Of a stretch of DNA of 64,000 nt, positions 56,581 to 64,000 are shown piece after piece. Source of the stretch: Auanema rhodensis. Its lineage: Eukaryota; Animalia; Nematoda. Below the pieces are notes generated by a model that saw nothing but the letters and a program-made list of their open reading frames with translations, had not been told where the DNA came from and did not search any database. The stretch is from positions 868,001-932,000 of the forward strand of contig OZ059900.1 in assembly GCA_964057225.1 (NCBI GenBank), in the 5' to 3' direction. Both the position numbers and the translations under genes were made by a program. The first letter of the stretch is position 1, and each line of letters starts with the position of its first letter.

Positions 56581-56751
56581 TACAAATACAAAATCTGTGA
56601 TACTCGTAAATTTCGATCAGATTCGAGAATCAAACACACAATACACGAAATGAGTTTATTTTCACGAGTTTGCACTGATATTTATTCATTTTGATCAAAA
56701 AAGGTCGAAAATAGAAAGAATTTTTGAATTTTCCGAGTTTTGAGTCCAATT
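56128..56751. other. Right inversion junction: compound inverted repeat (arms 56128-56315 and 56574-56751) around a 258-bp partial monomer
   Basis: 56270-56315 (tgatcgaaatttacgagtatcacagattttgtatttgtaccgattt) is the exact reverse complement of 56574-56619. The arms share the rare aaatgagtttattttcacgag variant, and the right arm lacks 10 bp (tattcgttaa) at 56619/56620. Confidence 0.92.
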
Positions 56752-59700
56752 TGGCTAAATCGCTCATATATAAGATCAAAAGCATAGTTTTATTGTCTAT
56801 AACAACAAAAGTCATCAATTAAACGCTAGTGATGTTTAAATACTGAATTTCGCTCAAATAGCATTACTACACTAAGTATGGTCGTTTTTATGCCTTTAAC
56901 ACCATATACTCACCGATTTTTGGTACAAAATCTGTAATACTCGTAAATTTTGATCATATTCGTTAAGATTTGAGAATCAAACATACAATACAAAAAATCA
57001 GTCTATTTTTATGAGCTTGCACTGATATATATTCATTTTGATCAAAAAAGGTCGAAAATAGAAAGAATTTTTGAAATTTCCGAGTTTTGAGTCTAATTTG
57101 GCTAAATCGCTCATATATATGATCAAAAGCATAGTTTTACTGTCTATGATAACAAAAGTCTTCAAATATACACTAATAATGATTAAATCACTGAATTTCA
57201 GTCAAATAGCATTACTACACTAAGTATGGTCGTTTTTATGCCTTTAACACCATATACTCACCGATTTTTGGTACAAAATCTGTAATACTTGTAAATTTTG
57301 ATCATATTTGTTAAGATTCGAGAATCAAACACATAATACACGAAATAAGTCTATTTTTACAAGTTTGCACTGATATTTATTCATTTTGATCAAAAAAGGT
57401 CGAAAATAGAAAGAATTTTTGAAATTTCCGAGTTTTGAGTCCAATTTGGCTAAATCGCTCATATATAAGATCAAAAGCATAGTTTTATTGTCTATAACAA
57501 CAAAAGTCATCAATTAAACGCTAGTGATGTTTAAATACTGAATTTCGCTCAAATAGCATTACTACACTAAGTATGGTCGTTTTTATGCCTTTAACACCAT
57601 ATACTCACCGATTTTTGGTACAAAATCTGTAATACTTGTAAATTTCGATCATATTTGTTAAGATTCGAGAATCAAACACATAATACACGAAATAAGTCTA
57701 TTTTTACAAGTTTGCACTGATATTTATTCATTTTGATCAAAAAAGGTCGAAAATAGAAAGAATTTTTGAAATTTCCGAGTTTTGAGTCCAATTTGGCTAA
57801 ATCGCTCATATATATGATCAGAAGCATAGTTTTATTGTCTATGACAACAAAAATCATCAATTAAACGCTAGTGATGTTTAAATACTGATTTTCGCTCAAA
57901 TAGCATTACTACACTAAGTATGGTCGTTTTTATGCCTTTAACACCATATACTCACCGATTTTTGGTACAAAATCTGTAATACTCGTAAATTTTGATCATA
58001 TTCGTTAAGATTTGAGAATCAAACATACAATACAAAAAATCAGTCTATTTTTATGAGCTTGCACTGATATATATTCATTTTGATCAAAAAAGGTCGAAAA
58101 TAGAAAGAATTTTTGAAATTTCCGAGTTTTGAGTCTAATTTGGCTAAATCGCTCATATATATGATCAAAAGCATAGTTTTACTGTCTATGATAACAAAAG
58201 TCTTCAAATATACACTAATAATGATTAAATCACTGAATTTCAGTCAAATAGCATTACTACACTAAGTATGGTCGTTTTTATGCCTTTAACACCATATACT
58301 CACCGATTTTTGGTACAAAATCTGTAATACTTGTAAATTTTGATCATATTTGTTAAGATTCGAGAATCAAACACATAATACACGAAATAAGTCTATTTTT
58401 ACAAGTTTGCACTGATATTTATTCATTTTGATCAAAAAAGGTCGAAAATAGAAAGAATTTTTGAAGTTTCCGAGTTTTGAGTCCAATTTGGCTAAATCGC
58501 TCATATATAAGATCAAAAGCATAGTTTTATTGTCTATAACAACAAAAGTCATCAATTAAACGCTAGTGATGTTTAAATACTGAATTTCGCTCAAATAGCA
58601 TTACTACACTAAGTATGGTCGTTTTTATGCCTTTAACACCATATACTCACCGATTTTTGGTACAAAATCTGTAATACTCGTAAATTTTGATCATATTCGT
58701 TAAGATTTGAGAATCAAACATACAATACAAAAAATCAGTCTATTTTTATGAGCTTGCACTGATATATATTCATTTTGATCAAAAAAGGTCGAAAATAGAA
58801 AGAATTTTTGAAATTTCCGAGTTTTGAGTCTAATTTGGCTAAATCGCTCATATATATGATCAAAAGCATAGTTTTACTGTCTATGATAACAAAAGTCTTC
58901 AAATATACACTAATAATGATTAAATCACTGAATTTCAGTCAAATAGCATTACTACACTAAGTATGGTCGTTTTTATGCCTTTAACACCATATACTCACCG
59001 ATTTTTGGTACAAAATCTGTAATACTTGTAAATTTTGATCATATTTGTTAAGATTCGAGAATCAAACACATAATACACGAAATAAGTCTATTTTTACAAG
59101 TTTGCACTGATATTTATTCATTTTGATCAAAAAAGGTCGAAAATAGAAAGAATTTTTGAAATTTCCGAGTTTTGAGTCCAATTTGGCTAAATCGCTCATA
59201 TATAAGATCAAAAGCATAGTTTTATTGTCTATAACAACAAAAGTCATCAATTAAACGCTAGTGATGTTTAAATACTGAATTTCGCTCAAATAGCATTACT
59301 ACACTAAGTATGGTCGTTTTTATGCCTTTAACACCATATACTCACCGATTTTTGGTACAAAATCTGTAATACTTGTAAATTTCGATCATATTTGTTAAGA
59401 TTCGAGAATCAAACACATAATACACGAAATAAGTCTATTTTTACAAGTTTGCACTGATATTTATTCATTTTGATCAAAAAAGGTCGAAAATAGAAAGAAT
59501 TTTTGAAATTTCCGAGTTTTGAGTCCAATTTGGCTAAATCGCTCATATATATGATCAGAAGCATAGTTTTATTGTCTATGACAACAAAAATCATCAATTA
59601 AACGCTAGTGATGTTTAAATACTGATTTTCGCTCAAATAGCATTACTACACTAAGTATGGTCGTTTTTATGCCTTTAACACCATATACTCACCGATTTTT

Positions 59701-62700
59701 GGTACAAAATCTGTAATACTCGTAAATTTTGATCATATTCGTTAAGATTTGAGAATCAAACATACAATACAAAAAATCAGTCTATTTTTATGAGCTTGCA
59801 CTGATATATATTCATTTTGATCAAAAAAGGTCGAAAATAGAAAGAATTTTTGAAATTTCCGAGTTTTGAGTCTAATTTGGCTAAATCGCTCATATATATG
59901 ATCAAAAGCATAGTTTTACTGTCTATGATAACAAAAGTCTTCAAATATACACTAATAATGATTAAATCACTGAATTTCAGTCAAATAGCATTACTACACT
60001 AAGTATGGTCGTTTTTATGCCTTTAACACCATATACTCACCGATTTTTGGTACAAAATCTGTAATACTTGTAAATTTTGATCATATTTGTTAAGATTCGA
60101 GAATCAAACACATAATACACGAAATAAGTCTATTTTTACAAGTTTGCACTGATATTTATTCATTTTGATCAAAAAAGGTCGAAAATAGAAAGAATTTTTG
60201 AAATTTCCGAGTTTTGAGTCCAATTTGGCTAAATCGCTCATATATAAGATCAAAAGCATAGTTTTATTGTCTATAACAACAAAAGTCATCAATTAAACGC
60301 TAGTGATGTTTAAATACTGAATTTCGCTCAAATAGCATTACTACACTAAGTATGGTCGTTTTTATGCCTTTAACACCATATACTCACCGATTTTTGGTAC
60401 AAAATCTGTAATACTTGTAAATTTCGATCATATTTGTTAAGATTCGAGAATCAAACACATAATACACAAAATAAGTCTATTTTTACAAGTTTGCACTGAT
60501 ATTTATTCATTTTGATCAAAAAAGGTCGAAAATAGAAAGAATTTTTGAAATTTCCGAGTTTTGAGTCCAATTTGGCTAAATCGCTCATATATATGATCAG
60601 AAGCATAGTTTTATTGTCTATGACAACAAAAATCATCAATTAAACGCTAGTGATGTTTAAATACTGATTTTCGCTCAAATAGCATTACTACACTAAGTAT
60701 GGTCGTTTTTATGCCTTTAACACCATATACTCACCGATTTTTGGTACAAAATCTGTAATACTCGTAAATTTTGATCATATTCGTTAAGATTTGAGAATCA
60801 AACATACAATACAAAAAATCAGTCTATTTTTATGAGCTTGCACTGATATATATTCATTTTGATCAAAAAAGGTCGAAAATAGAAAGAATTTTTGAAATTT
60901 CCGAGTTTTGAGTCTAATTTGGCTAAATCGCTCATATATATGATCAAAAGCATAGTTTTACTGTCTATGATAACAAAAGTCTTCAAATATACACTAATAA
61001 TGATTAAATCACTGAATTTCAGTCAAATAGCATTACTACACTAAGTATGGTCGTTTTTATGCCTTTAACACCATATACTCACCGATTTTTGGTACAAAAT
61101 CTGTAATACTTGTAAATTTTGATCATATTTGTTAAGATTCGAGAATCAAACACATAATACACGAAATAAGTCTATTTTTACAAGTTTGCACTGATATTTA
61201 TTCATTTTGATCAAAAAAGGTCGAAAATAGAAAGAATTTTTGAAGTTTCCGAGTTTTGAGTCCAATTTGGCTAAATCGCTCATATATAAGATCAAAAGCA
61301 TAGTTTTATTGTCTATAACAACAAAAGTCATCAATTAAACGCTAGTGATGTTTAAATACTGAATTTCGCTCAAATAGCATTACTACACTAAGTATGGTCG
61401 TTTTTATGCCTTTAACACCATATACTCACCGATTTTTGGTACAAAATCTGTAATACTCGTAAATTTTGATCATATTCGTTAAGATTTGAGAATCAAACAT
61501 ACAATACAAAAAATCAGTCTATTTTTATGAGCTTGCACTGATATATATTCATTTTGATCAAAAAAGGTCGAAAATAGAAAGAATTTTTGAAATTTCCGAG
61601 TTTTGAGTCTAATTTGGCTAAATCGCTCATATATATGATCAAAAGCATAGTTTTACTGTCTATGATAACAAAAGTCTTCAAATATACACTAATAATGATT
61701 AAATCACTGAATTTCAGTCAAATAGCATTACTACACTAAGTATGGTCGTTTTTATGCCTTTAACACCATATACTCACCGATTTTTGGTACAAAATCTGTA
61801 ATACTTGTAAATTTTGATCATATTTGTTAAGATTCGAGAATCAAACACATAATACACGAAATAAGTCTATTTTTACAAGTTTGCACTGATATTTATTCAT
61901 TTTGATCAAAAAAGGTCGAAAATAGAAAGAATTTTTGAAATTTCCGAGTTTTGAGTCCAATTTGGCTAAATCGCTCATATATAAGATCAAAAGCATAGTT
62001 TTATTGGCTATAACAACAAAAGTCATCAATTAAACGCTAGTGATGTTTAAATACTGAATTTCGCTCAAATAGCATTACTACACTAAGTATGGTCGTTTTT
62101 ATGCCTTTAACACCATATACTCACCGATTTTTGGTACAAAATCTGTAATACTTGTAAATTTCGATCATATTTGTTAAGATTCGAGAATCAAACACATAAT
62201 ACACGAAATAAGTCTATTTTTACAAGTTTGCACTGATATTTATTCATTTTGATCAAAAAAGGTCGAAAATAGAAAGAATTTTTGAAATTTCCGAGTTTTG
62301 AGTCCAATTTGGCTAAATCGCTCATATATATGATCAGAAGCATAGTTTTATTGTCTATGACAACAAAAATCATCAATTAAACGCTAGTGATGTTTAAATA
62401 CTGATTTTCGCTCAAATAGCATTACTACACTAAGTATGGTCGTTTTTATGCCTTTAACACCATATACTCACCGATTTTTGGTACAAAATCTGTAATACTC
62501 GTAAATTTTGATCATATTCGTTAAGATTTGAGAATCAAACATACAATACAAAAAATCAGTCTATTTTTATGAGCTTGCACTGATATATATTCATTTTGAT
62601 CAAAAAAGGTCGAAAATAGAAAGAATTTTTGAAATTTCCGAGTTTTGAGTCTAATTTGGCTAAATCGCTCATATATATGATCAAAAGCATAGTTTTACTG

Positions 62701-64000
62701 TCTATGATAACAAAAGTCTTCAAATATACACTAATAATGATTAAATCACTGAATTTCAGTCAAATAGCATTACTACACTAAGTATGGTCGTTTTTATGCC
62801 TTTAACACCATATACTCACCGATTTTTGGTACAAAATCTGTAATACTTGTAAATTTTGATCATATTTGTTAAGATTCGAGAATCAAACACATAATACACA
62901 AAATAAGTCTATTTTTACAAGTTTGCACTGATATTTATTCATTTTGATCAAAAAAGGTCGAAAATAGAAAGAATTTTTGAAGTTTCCGAGTTTTGAGTCC
63001 AATTTGGCTAAATCGCTCATATATAAGATCAAAAGCATAGTTTTATTGTCTATAACAACAAAAGTCATCAATTAAACGCTAGTGATGTTTAAATACTGAA
63101 TTTCGCTCAAATAGCATTACTACACTAAGTATGGTCGTTTTTATGCCTTTAACACCATATACTCACCGATTTTTGGTACAAAATCTGTAATACTCGTAAA
63201 TTTTGATCATATTCGTTAAGATTTGAGAATCAAACATACAATACAAAAAATCAGTCTATTTTTATGAGCTTGCACTGATATATATTCATTTTGATCAAAA
63301 AAGGTCGAAAATAGAAAGAATTTTTGAAATTTCCGAGTTTTGAGTCTAATTTGGCTAAATCGCTCATATATATGATCAAAAGCATAGTTTTACTGTCTAT
63401 GATAACAAAAGTCTTCAAATATACACTAATAATGATTAAATCACTGAATTTCAGTCAAATAGCATTACTACACTAAGTATGGTCGTTTTTATGCCTTTAA
63501 CACCATATACTCACCGATTTTTGGTACAAAATCTGTAATACTTGTAAATTTTGATCATATTTGTTAAGATTCGAGAATCAAACACATAATACACGAAATA
63601 AGTCTATTTTTACAAGTTTGCACTGATATTTATTCATTTTGATCAAAAAAGGTCGAAAATAGAAAGAATTTTTGAAGTTTCCGAGTTTTGAGTCCAATTT
63701 GGCTAAATCGCTCATATATAAGATCAAAAGCATAGTTTTATTGTCTATAACAACAAAAGTCATCAATTAAACGCTAGTGATGTTTAAATACTGAATTTCG
63801 CTCAAATAGCATTACTACACTAAGTATGGTCGTTTTTATGCCTTTAACACCATATACTCACCGATTTTTGGTACAAAATCTGTAATACTCGTAAATTTTG
63901 ATCATATTCGTTAAGATTTGAGAATCAAACATACAATACAAAAAATCAGTCTATTTTTATGAGCTTGCACTGATATATATTCATTTTGATCAAAAAAGGT
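56581..64000 (+). repeat. Right satellite domain, forward orientation, homogeneous, built from three monomer types (B-A and B-A-C units)
   Basis: Forward core motif resumes. ORF offsets show periods of 695, 1042 and 1737 bp (57325/59062, 57672/59409, 60104/61841, 61146/62883). Confidence 0.96.

Larger units (their letters stand above)
1..64000. repeat. Tandem satellite DNA array, 347/348-bp AT-rich monomer, ~184 copies; extends beyond both window ends
   Basis: The motif caaatagcattactacactaagtatggtcgtttttatgcctttaacaccatatactcaccgatttttggtacaaaatctgt (or its reverse complement) recurs every 347-348 bp throughout. ORF-track offsets are 347/348 or multiples (e.g. 165, 513, 861; 2250, 2597). 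No non-satellite sequence longer than a few bp was seen. Confidence 0.99.

Noticed and set aside
56128-56751. MITE or foldback transposon with long terminal inverted repeats
   Set aside because: The arms and the interior are entirely satellite-derived and continuous with the flanking monomers, with no target-site duplication or discrete termini.
165-63766. More than 100 near-identical 61-101 aa ORFs (MMTFVVIDNKTMLL.../MKFSDLHIISVY...) as a tandem gene family
   Set aside because: They are one reading frame of the monomer, mostly opened at TTG/GTG starts and interrupted by stops in many monomers. They show no recognisable domain and many variants are non-synonymous. They are useful only as markers of monomer type and orientation.
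1-64000. CRISPR-like array (constant core plus variable segment)
   Set aside because: The variable segments are homologous alleles of one sequence rather than unique spacers, the 347-bp period is far too long, and there are no cas genes.

Overview
The whole 64-kb window is one AT-rich tandem satellite array, most likely eukaryotic (peri)centromeric or heterochromatic DNA. It holds roughly 184 monomers of 347/348 bp (about 28-29% GC by hand count of the first monomer). I find no supportable gene, RNA gene, CRISPR array or transposon; the ORFs in the track are the same chance reading frame recurring once per monomer. The informative signal is architectural. (1) An ~8.7-kb inverted block (47909-56580) is bounded by two fold-back (interrupted-palindrome) junctions. 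(2) The right junction is compound: a novel junction sequence is itself present twice in inverted orientation around a 258-bp spacer. (3) The inverted block is a compact mirror of the monomer-variant order found across the much longer left array, including a rare 126-bp truncated monomer. This suggests a forward/inverted/forward (inverted-triplication) origin followed by expansion of the forward copies. (4) There are nested, short-lived higher-order repeats with periods of 2, 3, 4, 5, 8, 9, 12, ~14, 16, 17 and 25 monomers. (5) Monomers are mosaics of a few haplotype cassettes around a nearly invariant ~82-bp core, and their variation is dominated by CpG<->TpG/CpA changes. I could not identify the species or satellite family from sequence alone. 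All comparisons were made by eye and from ORF-track offsets, so duplication boundaries are approximate.
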